In this document: one piece after another, positions 1 to 9,227 of the stretch
How positions within the stretch are numbered: position 1 is the stretch's first letter
Layout: each line of letters begins with the position of its first letter
Assembly (NCBI RefSeq): GCF_000012905.2
Contig: NC_007493.2
Span: forward strand, 2,160,001-2,192,000
DNA from: Cereibacter sphaeroides 2.4.1
Lineage (GTDB): Bacteria; Pseudomonadota; Alphaproteobacteria; Rhodobacterales; Rhodobacteraceae
DNA length: 32,000 bases
Reading direction: 5' to 3'
The notes under the pieces: model-generated
Databases searched by the model: none
The model's input: the letters and a program-made list of their open reading frames with translations, nothing else
Told to the model about the DNA's origin: nothing
Program-made: the position numbers and the translations under genes

Positions 1-1129
1 GCGCCAGCGCGAGGGTGACGGCGCCGCGCAGCCCGCCCCAGAGGATCGCGACGCGGTAGGGCCGCTCGACCCGGGGCGAGAGGTTGAAGCGCGTGAGAAG
101 CGGCAGGAGCCCCGAGAGCATGACGCCGCGGGCCACGACCGCGGCCAGCGCCACCACGCCGATGAGCAGCAGGTCCCATCCCGTCGCGCGCCCGATCAGC
201 CGCGGGATGAGGAGCGCCGCGACGATGAAGATGAGCGAGCCCGCCCAGTGCGACAGCATCTCCCAGATGTCGCTGAGCAGCTTCCAGGTGGCGGGGCTGA
301 GGCGGCCCGGTCCGGTGAGATTCATCGCGATGCCCGCCGTCACCACCGCGATCACGCCCGAGGCATGGAAGCCCTGCTCGGCCAGCACATAGGTGAGGTA
401 GGGCAAGGCGAGGCTCAGCGAGAGCTGCGCCGTCGGATGGGACGCCATCCGCGTCATCAGAAAGAGCGCGATCCGCGCCATGAGGTAGCCGAGCCCCAGA
501 CCGCCCAGGATCAGCAGCGGAAACTCCACCAGTGCCTGACGCAGGGTCGGGTCGGGCACGCCCGCCATCACGAAGGTGAGGAAGAAGCCGAAGAGCGCGA
601 TGGCCGCCGCGTCGTTCAGGAGGCTCTCGCCCTCGACGATCCTCGTGAGCCGCTGCGGCGCCGCGATCGAGCGGAAGATGCTGACCACGGCCGACGGGTC
701 GGTGGTCGAGACGATCGAGCCGAGCAGGAGGCAGGCCGCGAGCGACATGGAGCTGAACGGTTGCAGCGCAAAGCCGATGGCGAGGGTCGAGACCAGCACC
801 GCCACAACGGCCATCACGAGGATCGGCACCCAGTCGTCGATCATCCGCCGGATGTTCAGGCTGAGCGAGACCTGAAACAGCAGCGTGGGCAGGAAGATGT
901 AGAGGAAGACGCTCGACCGGATCGGGAGGGCCAGAAGGTCGGCCACCTCGGGCGGGAAGCTCGCCGCCACCCCGCTGCGCTGAAGCCAGAGCGCGAGCGT
1001 GCCGAGCATGGCCCCCACCACGGCGAGGACCACCGAATAGGGCAGCCTGAGGCGGGCCGCGACGGGCTCGCAGGCGGCGATCACGATGAAAAGGACCGCA
1101 AGGGCCGTGACGAGCAGGACGATGTTCAT
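1..1129 (-). CDS. CPA1-family Na+/H+ (cation:proton) antiporter, NhaP-like; the 3' end runs off the left edge of the window
   Basis: Absent from the ORF track because it is truncated. My reverse-complement translation from ATG (1129..1127) reads MNIVLLVTALAVLFIVIAACEPVAARLRLPYSVVLAVVGAML... It is polytopic and hydrophobic, carries the antiporter-type motifs GSIVSTTDPSAV and EGESLLNDAAAI, and stays open to position 1. Confidence 0.8.
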   Translation of the reverse strand, partial: MNIVLLVTALAVLFIVIAACEPVAARLRLPYSVVLAVVGAMLGTLALWLQRSGVAASFPPEVADLLALPIRSSVFLYIFLPTLLFQVSLSLNIRRMIDDWVPILVMAVVAVLVSTLAIGFALQPFSSMSLAACLLLGSIVSTTDPSAVVSIFRSIAAPQRLTRIVEGESLLNDAAAIALFGFFLTFVMAGVPDPTLRQALVEFPLLILGGLGLGYLMARIALFLMTRMASHPTAQLSLSLALPYLTYVLAEQGFHASGVIAVVTAGIAMNLTGPGRLSPATWKLLSDIWEMLSHWAGSLIFIVAALLIPRLIGRATGWDLLLIGVVALAAVVARGVMLSGLLPLLTRFNLSPRVERPYRVAILWGGLRGAVTLALA

Positions 1130-1202
1130 GGAGGTGTGATAGGCGCTTCGCGGCGCCGGGAAAACCCGCCACCGCGCAGGTCCTGTGGACGGGGCGTCCG
1201 GT

Positions 1203-1547
1203 TCAGTGCGCGATCTGCGCGGCGCGGCTGCCGAGCTTGTAGGCCCGCGCCTTCGTCATCGGCGCATGATCGACGAAGCCCTTTTCCACCAGAGAGCGCA
1301 GGGCGCGGTGGAACGTCGGCGTCGCGATGGCGTTGCACAGCGTGTGGCGCCGGATCGCGTCCGAACGGACGACAGTATCTTCGGTCTCGCCCAGAAGCTT
1401 CACCGCATAGAGCACATCCAGCTCATTGCGAGAAAGTTCTGCGATGCCAAGATCATGTTCAAGTCCAAGAAGAAGCTCTCTGAGCTGCGCGACGCTGTGG
1501 AAACGCCGCGAGGCGGTCATCCGCTCGTCCATCTTGCTTCCGTCCAC
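1203..1547 (-). CDS. Small winged-helix (MarR/other wHTH-like) DNA-binding protein
   Basis: 114-aa ORF with a GTG start 5 nt after GGGGGAG. The segment LSRNELDVLYAVK...TPTFHRALRSLVEKGFV looks like a helix-turn-helix plus wing. Family assignment is uncertain. Confidence 0.6.
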   Translation of the reverse strand: MDGSKMDERMTASRRFHSVAQLRELLLGLEHDLGIAELSRNELDVLYAVKLLGETEDTVVRSDAIRRHTLCNAIATPTFHRALRSLVEKGFVDHAPMTKARAYKLGSRAAQIAH

Positions 1548-1603
1548 CTTTACTCCCCCTAACTGTCTTCAATAAAAATTAAAATCGGCTAGCGCGACAT
1601 ACA

Positions 1604-1879
1604 TTAGCCGAGGTTCCCGATCTCTTGGCAAGCGTCAAAATGTCGCGCCAATTTGTCTATAGGTGCAACTTGCATCCGCCCGGCATCGAAGAGGCCGACG
1701 AGACGGCCGGACGGCAGCGACGGCGGCTGGATGTCAGGCTGAAAACCTGTTCCAAACAACGCATTCGCGTTCCGGAAGAATGCCGCGGACAAGCAGTCGC
1801 GCCATGATCGAGCGAACCGACCACCGGACGGTCGAGCGGCGGGGGACGCGCGGAGCGCCTTTTTCGCAGGCAGGGTCAT
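1604..1879 (-). CDS. Hypothetical 91-aa protein, possibly translationally coupled to the upstream 4Fe-4S membrane protein
   Basis: Its ATG (1879..1877) overlaps the upstream TGA (1878..1876) as ATGA. GC3 is only about 67%, and the 3' half lies in an AT-rich patch with inverted repeats. It may be non-coding. Confidence 0.25.
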   Translation of the reverse strand: MTLPAKKALRASPAARPSGGRFARSWRDCLSAAFFRNANALFGTGFQPDIQPPSLPSGRLVGLFDAGRMQVAPIDKLARHFDACQEIGNLG

Positions 1880-3198
1880 GACCAGATCACCCATCCCCAG
1901 CCCGCCAGAGGCACCGAAAGCGCCACGGCCACAGCCCCGCGTACGCGCCATCTCCGCGAGAATCGCGCGGCGAGCCAGAGCGACCAGAGCGCCGAGCCCG
2001 CGAGGATCGCCGACCAGAACGCGCGCGCGTCGCACTCCAGCAGGGCCGCGGTGCGCTGCCCGAACCCGACGAGAAGCCCCGCGGCGGCCAGCGGCAGAAG
2101 CGCCCGTGCGAGCCGGGGAAGATTCTCCTTGCCGGCGGCGAGGGCCAGGGGCAGGGCCGCCCACAGCGCGATCCCCGCGGCGATCGTCAGGATCGTGAGA
2201 AGCCGCGCGGCTCCTGCGCCGAAGCTCATGGCGTCGCCGCCGGAACCGACGAGAAACCACGGCGCCGTCCCCTGTCCCCCCACCGCCTCCGACAGGGCCG
2301 CGAGCCAGGGCGCATGGGGCCACCAGAAAGTCGCCGAGCCGAGGCCGAGGAGCCCTCCGAGCAGAAGGAGGCTTTCGCCCGACGTCGCAGAGGTCCGCAC
2401 CAGCTCCTCGCCCGGCACGCGCGCCTCGAGCCGCACCGCGTCGCGAAAGCCGGCGCAGCGCCCGCACATGTGGCAGGGGCCCGCACTCTCCATCATCCGC
2501 ACCGGCACCATCGGCTCGCAATTGAAGCGCATGGTCCGGGCGCGCGCGGGCGGACAATTGTCCCAGGCCCGGGCATCGACGCGATAGTGCAGCGGGGCGA
2601 GCTGCGACAGCAGGGCGAAGAGGCCGTTCATCGGGCAGAGAAAGCGGCACCAGACCCGCTTGTTCTTGCCGTAGAGCCAGCCCACCAGCAGCGCGGCGCT
2701 CGTCGAGAGGCCGAAGAGCAGCGCCGCCGCCCGCGGGTCGTCGTAGAGCGCGATCATCTGGCCGTAGAGTGTCACGGCGCAGAACAGCGCGAACGGCCAG
2801 CCCGGCCATTTCATCCAGCGCGGAATGGCCCTTCCCCGCCCGTGGCGCGACGCGGCGGCGCTGAGCGTCCCTTCGGGACAGAAGAGGCCGCACCAGAGCC
2901 TGCCGAAGAGCAGGACCGAAACCAGCACCCCCGGCAGCCAGACGCCCCAGAGGAGCGCCTGCGACAGGAGGGTCAGGTCGGTCCAGATCCGCGCGTCCGG
3001 GCCGGGCGGCGGCAGGACGACCGGCAGGAAGACGAGCGGCAAGTAGAGCGCGACCGCCGCCCATTGCAGCCCCGACACCGCGCGCGGATGGTCGCGCAGC
3101 CAGAGGCCGGCCCGCTCGATCCGCCCCACCGGAGGCGGGGCGGGCAAAGCGCCCGACACGGGGCACGCGTCGGCGAAGCGGGAAGGCGTCTCTTGCAT
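1876..3198 (-). CDS. Polytopic membrane 4Fe-4S-binding protein (NapH/MauN/CcoG-like ferredoxin-type)
   Basis: 455-aa track ORF. Cys motifs are WCGLFCPEG, WCRFLCPMNG and CHMCGRCAGF, flanked by many hydrophobic helices. I prefer the ATG at 3198 (preceded by AAGGCGGG) over the TTG at 3243. Confidence 0.8.
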   Translation of the reverse strand: MQETPSRFADACPVSGALPAPPPVGRIERAGLWLRDHPRAVSGLQWAAVALYLPLVFLPVVLPPPGPDARIWTDLTLLSQALLWGVWLPGVLVSVLLFGRLWCGLFCPEGTLSAAASRHGRGRAIPRWMKWPGWPFALFCAVTLYGQMIALYDDPRAAALLFGLSTSAALLVGWLYGKNKRVWCRFLCPMNGLFALLSQLAPLHYRVDARAWDNCPPARARTMRFNCEPMVPVRMMESAGPCHMCGRCAGFRDAVRLEARVPGEELVRTSATSGESLLLLGGLLGLGSATFWWPHAPWLAALSEAVGGQGTAPWFLVGSGGDAMSFGAGAARLLTILTIAAGIALWAALPLALAAGKENLPRLARALLPLAAAGLLVGFGQRTAALLECDARAFWSAILAGSALWSLWLAARFSRRWRVRGAVAVALSVPLAGWGWVIWS

Positions 3199-3473
3199 CC
3201 CGCCTTCTAGGCAGTCGCCCCGGCGGATCGGAAGCCTCCGCAATGTCTTGCGGCAGAGGGTCGCAGGGCGGATCCTGCCCCGCGGCGGCGCGTTGGATCA
3301 CTTGGTCTGCGGAAGGCATCCGTCGTACCCCCCGCCCGACCCTGCGACGGGACTGCGGACCCTGCCCGATGTGCGGCCGGGCGGATCCGAGGTCGGCCGT
3401 CCGATCTTCAGGCCGGAGGGCGGGACGCCAGAGCTGATTTGACTTCCGCCGCGAAGGGGCCAAAGGTCCGCCG

Positions 3474-5330
3474 ATGAGACCCGATCCCGCCCCCGACCTG
3501 CCCGGATTTCGCGCCCGTTGGGCGGCCCTGCGCAATGTCGCGCCCTTCCTCGGCATGGTCTGGCAGGCGAGCCCCGGCCTTCTGGTCCTGAGCCTCGTCC
3601 TGAGACTCGCCCGGGCGCTGATCCCGGTCACGGCGCTCTGGTTCGGCAAGCTCATCATCGACGAGGTGGTGCGCCTCGCGGGAAGCCCGCTGCCCGCCGC
3701 GGGCCCGCTCGGCTGGATCGGAGCCGAAGGCGCGAGCACGCTCGTCCTGCTGCTCGGAGCGGAGTTCCTGCTCGCCATCCTGTCGGATCTTCTCGGACGG
3801 CTCGGCGGCCTCACCGACACGCTCCTGACGGAACGGCTCACCATGTCCTCCTCGGTGCGGCTGATGCACCACGCGGCCAGCCTCGATCTGGCCGCGTTCG
3901 AGGATGCGGGGTTTCAGGATCGGCTCGAGCGGGCGCGGCGGCAGTCGGGCGGGCGCATGACGCTGACGGGCCAGATCCTCTCGCTGATGCAGGATGCGGT
4001 CACCGTGACCTCGCTTGCGGGCGGGCTCCTGCTCTACAACCCGTGGCTCATCCTGCTTCTGGTCGCGGCGCTGGTGCCGGCCTTCCTCGGCGAGGCGCAT
4101 TTCAACGCGCAGAACTACAACCTCGATTTCCGCCGCACGCCCGAGCGGCGGGAACTCGATTATATCCGCGTGACCGCGGCCGGAGTGGAAACGGCCAAGG
4201 AGATCAAGATCTTCGGCCTCGCGCCCTTCCTGATCGAGCGCTACCGCACCCTCTCGGAGAGCTTCTATGCCGCGCGGCGGCGCATCGCCTCGGCGCGGGC
4301 GGTCTGGGGCACGCTCTTCAGCGCGCTGGGGACGGCGGGCTATTATCTGGCCTACCTCTGGATGATCGGCGCCACATTGTCGGGCCGGCTCTCGATCGGC
4401 GATCTGACCTTTCTTGCAGGCTCGTTCCTCCGGCTGCGCGGGCTGGTCGAAGGACTGCTCACGGGCTTCTCCACCACCGCCGCGCAGGCGCTCTATCTCG
4501 AGGACCTGTTCGGCTTCTTCCGGCAGCAGCCCACCATCCTCGCCCCCGCCGAGCCGCGCCCCGTGCCCAAACCGATCCGCGAGGGCTTCCGCTTCGAGAA
4601 GGTGGGCTTCCGCTATCCGGGGGCCGGCGGCTGGGCGGTGCGCGATCTCAGCTTCACGCTGAAGGCGGGCGAGACGCTGGCGCTCGTGGGCGAGAACGGC
4701 GCGGGCAAGACCACGCTCGTCAAGCTGCTGGCCCGGCTCTACGATCCGGACGAGGGGCGGATCCTTCTGGACGGACAGGATCTGCGCAGCTTCGATCCGG
4801 TGGCGCTGCGCGGCGCGATGGGCGTCATCTTTCAGGATTTCGTGCGCTACTCGATGAGTGCGGGCGAGAATATCGCCGTGGGCCGGATCGAGGCGCGTTC
4901 CGAGGAAGACCGCATCGCCGAGGCCGCCCGGCGCAGCCTCGCCGACCGGATCGTGGCGCGGATGCCCGACGGCTACGGCCAGATGCTGGGCAAGCGTTTC
5001 CGGGAGGGCGTGGATCTCTCAGGCGGCGAATGGCAGAAGTTCGCCATCGCGCGGGCCTACATGCGCGACGCCGAGGTGCTGATCCTCGACGAGCCGACGG
5101 CGGCGCTCGATGCGCGGTCCGAGTTCGAGGTATTCCAGCGGTTCAAGGAGTTGTCGGCGGGCCGGACGGCGGTGTTGATCTCGCACCGGTTCTCGTCGGT
5201 GCGCATGGCCGACCGGATCCTCGTGCTGGCGGGCGGTCGGGTCGAGGCCAGCGGCACCCACGAGGAGCTTCTGGCCCAGCCGGGCCGCTATGCGGAACTG
5301 TTCGAATTGCAGGCGGCCGGGTACAGGTGA
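3474..5330 (+). CDS. Fused ABC exporter (N-terminal 6-TM permease plus C-terminal ATPase), MsbA/multidrug-type
   Basis: 618 aa. Walker A is GENGAGKTT, the ABC signature is LSGGEWQKFAIARA, and Walker B is VLILDEPTAALD. The N-terminal half is hydrophobic. Confidence 0.92.
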   Translation: MRPDPAPDLPGFRARWAALRNVAPFLGMVWQASPGLLVLSLVLRLARALIPVTALWFGKLIIDEVVRLAGSPLPAAGPLGWIGAEGASTLVLLLGAEFLLAILSDLLGRLGGLTDTLLTERLTMSSSVRLMHHAASLDLAAFEDAGFQDRLERARRQSGGRMTLTGQILSLMQDAVTVTSLAGGLLLYNPWLILLLVAALVPAFLGEAHFNAQNYNLDFRRTPERRELDYIRVTAAGVETAKEIKIFGLAPFLIERYRTLSESFYAARRRIASARAVWGTLFSALGTAGYYLAYLWMIGATLSGRLSIGDLTFLAGSFLRLRGLVEGLLTGFSTTAAQALYLEDLFGFFRQQPTILAPAEPRPVPKPIREGFRFEKVGFRYPGAGGWAVRDLSFTLKAGETLALVGENGAGKTTLVKLLARLYDPDEGRILLDGQDLRSFDPVALRGAMGVIFQDFVRYSMSAGENIAVGRIEARSEEDRIAEAARRSLADRIVARMPDGYGQMLGKRFREGVDLSGGEWQKFAIARAYMRDAEVLILDEPTAALDARSEFEVFQRFKELSAGRTAVLISHRFSSVRMADRILVLAGGRVEASGTHEELLAQPGRYAELFELQAAGYR

Positions 5331-5352
5331 CCGCAGCCGACGGGGCGAGGCG

Positions 5353-5574
5353 TCAGCCGCGGCCGATGGGGGAGCCACCCGCCGAACCCGCGGAAAGCAG
5401 CGTCTCGAGGCTCGTGGAGGAGAACATCTTCGCATTGGGCCTGCCGGCTTCGAGCGCCCGCACGTCGGTCACATCCAGCCCCAGCCGTGCGGCAAAATCT
5501 TCCTGAGACAGGCCGAGAACCCAGCGCCGGTGACGAACCAGACGGGCGGTTTCGCGGTGATGGGACTGCGGCAT
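5353..5574 (-). CDS. Small XRE-family helix-turn-helix transcriptional regulator (73 aa)
   Basis: This is the C-terminal part of track ORF 5353..5970. It contains RRWVLGLSQEDFAARLGLDVTDVRALEAG, a typical Cro/C1 HTH. The ATG at 5574 is preceded by GGAG at about -10. Confidence 0.65.
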   Translation of the reverse strand: MPQSHHRETARLVRHRRWVLGLSQEDFAARLGLDVTDVRALEAGRPNAKMFSSTSLETLLSAGSAGGSPIGRG

Positions 5575-5624
5575 GGAGGATCTCCGGCGAACGAGCGACA
5601 GGGGGAAGTCAAAGCAATTTCCCT

Positions 5625-5656
5625 GCGTTCTTCTTACCTCTTTCTGCGAAGAACGC
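5625..5656 (+). promoter_or_regulatory. Perfect 9-bp stem hairpin in the cobD leader / XRE-cobD divergent region
   Basis: GCGTTCTTC (5625-5633) pairs with GAAGAACGC (5648-5656) across a 14-nt loop. It is followed directly by GACCTGCC, which resembles the 3' end of a B12 box. Confidence 0.3.
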
Positions 5657-5779
5657 GACCTGCCCAAACCGACAGGCCAGCCCTCCGGCGGATGGCTCCG
5701 CCCTTGCAGAAGGAGGGGAATTCTCCGAAATCGAGACGTGAGCGCGCCGCAGGAGCCGCTCTCCGAAGGAGGCAGAAGC

Positions 5780-6715
5780 ATGTTCCATGCGGGCACCATG
5801 CTGGTGGCGATGGCGACGGATGTGGCGCTCGGCTGGCCGGACCGGCTGCATGCCCGGATCGGCCATCCCGTCGTCTGGATCGGCCGGATCATCTCGGCGC
5901 TCGATGAGCGCTGGAACCGTGGCTCGGCGGCCGAGCGCCGGCGCGCCGGCGTGGCCGCTCTCCTCGTCACCGTGCTGGCGGCGGCCCTGCCTGCGGCGCT
6001 CCTCCAGTCGCTGCTGCCCGGCGGCCTCCTCGGCGCGGTGCTGACGGGGCTCCTGGCCTGGCCGCTCGTGGCGCTCCGCTCGATGCACGAGCATGTGGAG
6101 GCGGTGGCGGTCCCTCTCGATGCGGGCGACCTGCCGGGCGCGCGGCGGGCGGTCTCGATGATCGTCGGCCGCGATCCCTCGCAGCTCGACGGGACCGGCG
6201 TCGCCCGGGCGGCGCTCGAGAGCCTCGCCGAGAACAGTTCGGACGGGATCGTCGCTCCGCTCTTCTGGGGGGTGCTGCTGGGCCTGCCCGGGATCGCCGC
6301 CTACAAGGCGATCAACACGCTCGATTCGATGATCGGCCACCGCACGCCCCGGCACGAGGCCTTCGGCTGGGCCTCGGCCCGGACGGACGACTGGGTGAAC
6401 CTGATCCCCGCGCGACTGACGGGCGTTCTCTTCGCCTTCGCGTCGGGACGGCCGCGGAGGGCGCTGGCCGTCATGCGGCGGGATGCGCGCGCGCACCGCT
6501 CGCCCAACGCGGGCTGGCCCGAGGCCGCCATGGCGGGTGCGCTCGGCGTGCGGCTCTCGGGGCCGCGGATCTATGGCGACCGGGTCTCGGCCGAACCGTG
6601 GCTCAATGCCGGCGCGCCGGATCCGGGCCCGGCCGACCTGCGGCAGGGCCTCGCGCTCTATCGCCGCGGCATGGTGCTGCTTGCAGCGCTCTTCCTGCTG
6701 GTCGCGGTGGCCTGA
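5780..6715 (+). CDS. cobD: Adenosylcobinamide-phosphate synthase CobD/CbiB
   Basis: Membrane protein with the CobD/CbiB hallmarks GHPVVWIG, SMIVGRDP, ESLAENSSDGIVAPLFW, AYKAINTLDSMIGH and DDWVNLIPARL. The ATG at 5780 is 8 nt after AGGAGG. The 5573 start in the track gives an implausible extension. Confidence 0.9.
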   Translation: MFHAGTMLVAMATDVALGWPDRLHARIGHPVVWIGRIISALDERWNRGSAAERRRAGVAALLVTVLAAALPAALLQSLLPGGLLGAVLTGLLAWPLVALRSMHEHVEAVAVPLDAGDLPGARRAVSMIVGRDPSQLDGTGVARAALESLAENSSDGIVAPLFWGVLLGLPGIAAYKAINTLDSMIGHRTPRHEAFGWASARTDDWVNLIPARLTGVLFAFASGRPRRALAVMRRDARAHRSPNAGWPEAAMAGALGVRLSGPRIYGDRVSAEPWLNAGAPDPGPADLRQGLALYRRGMVLLAALFLLVAVA

Positions 6716-6733
6716 CCCGTCGCCCCCGCGGCG

Positions 6734-6858
6734 GCCTGAGAGCCTGAGAGCCTGAGAGCCTGAGAGCCTGAGAGCCTGAGAGCCTGAGAGCCTGAGAGCC
6801 TGAGAGCCTGAGAGCCTGAGAGCCTGAGAGCCTGAGAGCCTGAGAGCCTGAGAGCCTG
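6734..6858. repeat. Perfect tandem octanucleotide array (CCTGAGAG)x15 plus a partial unit, about 15.6 copies
   Basis: Counted directly: 15 identical 8-bp units from 6735 to 6854 plus CCTG. It lies in the gap between the convergent cobD (stop 6715) and sufS (stop 6943). Confidence 0.98.
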
Positions 6859-6904
6859 GCTTCGCCCCACCCGGAGGCCCGTCAAGGAGGGAAGGCCCCT
6901 GCCC

Positions 6905-6933
6905 GCTCCGCCGCCGGCCGCGCCGCGGCGGAG
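6905..6933 (-). terminator. GC-rich hairpin just downstream of the sufS stop (possible operon terminator, no U-tract)
   Basis: CTCCGCCGC (6905-6913) is complementary to GCGGCGGAG (6925-6933), 10-38 nt beyond the sufS stop on the minus strand. Confidence 0.35.
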
Positions 6934-6942
6934 GTCTGCTCT

Positions 6943-8163
<1,221 letters not shown>

Positions 8164-8172
8164 GGGAAAACC

Positions 8173-8751
8173 TCAGCCGCTTATGAAGGGCATCAGGACG
8201 GCGGCCAGCACGAAGGCCATGCCGAAGATCACGAGAAGGATGCCGCCCAGGACGGCGAGGGTCGAGGTGAAGCCGTGCAGTTCGGCCACGAAATGGGTGA
8301 GCAGCCAGAAGAAGAGCACGATCCCCACCACGCCCAGCACGTCGGCGAGCGGCGGCAGGACGAGCTGCGCCAGAAGCTGCAGCACCTCGAGGCAGAGCAG
8401 GATGAACTGGAGCCAGGCCACCAGCAGGACCGCATCGGGGAAGGTGCCGCGCCCGCCGCGCCAGACGCCGATCCGGTGGATCAGGCCTGCCGAGAAAGCC
8501 AGAAGCCCCACCTGAAGCGCGGCGCTGAAGATCGGGCTGGGCAGGTCGTCGCCGATCAGCTGGCGCACGTCGCGCGGCAGGAGGGTGAGGCCGGCAAAGG
8601 TCACCAGCGCCGCAGCGACCGCCGTGAAGATGAGCGCGAGCCAGCGCGCCTGCATCGGCAGGTCCATCGCGAGGACGGCGCGGGCCCCCTCGCGCGGGTT
8701 CGCCACCGTGAAGCGCACGAGACGCAGGAGACCACCGAGAGTAACGCTCAT
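8173..8751 (-). CDS. Yip1-like polytopic membrane protein (second of a tandem pair)
   Basis: Taken from the internal ATG (8751) of track ORF 8173..9090: MSVTLGGLLRLVRFTVANPREGARAV... with 4-5 hydrophobic helices. The ATG overlaps the upstream stop as ATGA (8748-8751). Confidence 0.75.
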   Translation of the reverse strand: MSVTLGGLLRLVRFTVANPREGARAVLAMDLPMQARWLALIFTAVAAALVTFAGLTLLPRDVRQLIGDDLPSPIFSAALQVGLLAFSAGLIHRIGVWRGGRGTFPDAVLLVAWLQFILLCLEVLQLLAQLVLPPLADVLGVVGIVLFFWLLTHFVAELHGFTSTLAVLGGILLVIFGMAFVLAAVLMPFISG

Positions 8752-9227
8752 CGTTCCGCCTCGATCAGCATGAGAAGCCAGATGGCGAGGAAGCCCGACA
8801 GAACGAGGAAGCCCACGATCAGCACGCCCGGCCCCTCGCCGATGAAGCCGCCCACGAGCCCGTTGAGCAGCATGAGCGGCGCGGTGGCCAGCAGCGCGAG
8901 AAAGAGCGCGAGCCGCGCCCCGAAGAAGCTGCCCTTGCCGCCGAAGAGCCGGGCAACCAGATGGCTCAGCGCCGCAAGCCCGTAGCAGAGCAGCGGCAGC
9001 AGGAAGACCGTGCCCATCAGCGCCCCGCTCATCCGCGCCTCGAGCGGCTGGGACGGGTCTAGGAAGGCCTGCCGGGCCAGAATCGGCCATTGCGACACGA
9101 AGATCAGCAGGCAGGCGCCCATCAGGATGATGAGCGCCCTGCCCTCGTTCTCACCGGCATCGAGATACCGCCGGATGACCGTGCGGGGGTGGCGGTAGCT
9201 TTGGACGATGTCGGTGGTAACTGCCAT
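8748..9227 (-). CDS. Yip1-like polytopic membrane protein (first of a tandem pair)
   Basis: 159 aa, MAVTTDIVQSYRHPRTVIRRYLDAGENEGRAL... followed by hydrophobic helices. Its ATG at 9227 abuts the sufD stop (TGAATG). Confidence 0.75.
   Translation of the reverse strand: MAVTTDIVQSYRHPRTVIRRYLDAGENEGRALIILMGACLLIFVSQWPILARQAFLDPSQPLEARMSGALMGTVFLLPLLCYGLAALSHLVARLFGGKGSFFGARLALFLALLATAPLMLLNGLVGGFIGEGPGVLIVGFLVLSGFLAIWLLMLIEAER

Noticed and set aside
248-1483. 411-aa plus-strand ORF covering the left end of the window
   Set aside because: It is Arg/His/Glu/Asp-rich and low-complexity, and it is antisense to a convincing polytopic NhaP-type antiporter reading frame. This is the typical stop-poor antisense frame of high-GC DNA.
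1604-3844. 746-aa minus-strand ORF, plus the overlapping 3408..4100 minus and 2314..3210 plus ORFs
   Set aside because: The composition is Arg/Ala/Pro-rich with no recognisable motifs. They occupy alternative frames or the antisense of the 4Fe-4S protein and the ABC exporter. Only the last 91 codons (1604..1879) were kept as a low-confidence possibility.
3518-5506. 662-aa plus-strand ORF overlapping the ABC transporter in another frame
   Set aside because: It is an out-of-frame shadow of the ABC exporter, which has clear Walker A, Walker B and signature motifs. Its composition is Arg/Gly/Pro-rich.
6734-6858. Possibility that the tandem array is a CRISPR or a coding repeat domain
   Set aside because: The units are 8 bp with no spacers, so it is not a CRISPR. 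The unit length is not a multiple of 3 and the array lies between two stop codons.
6658-6885. 75-aa ORF translating the octanucleotide array into (SQALRLSG)n
   Set aside because: The periodic peptide is an automatic consequence of an 8-bp unit read in any frame. The ORF overlaps the cobD 3' end antisense and has no ribosome-binding site or non-repeat domain.
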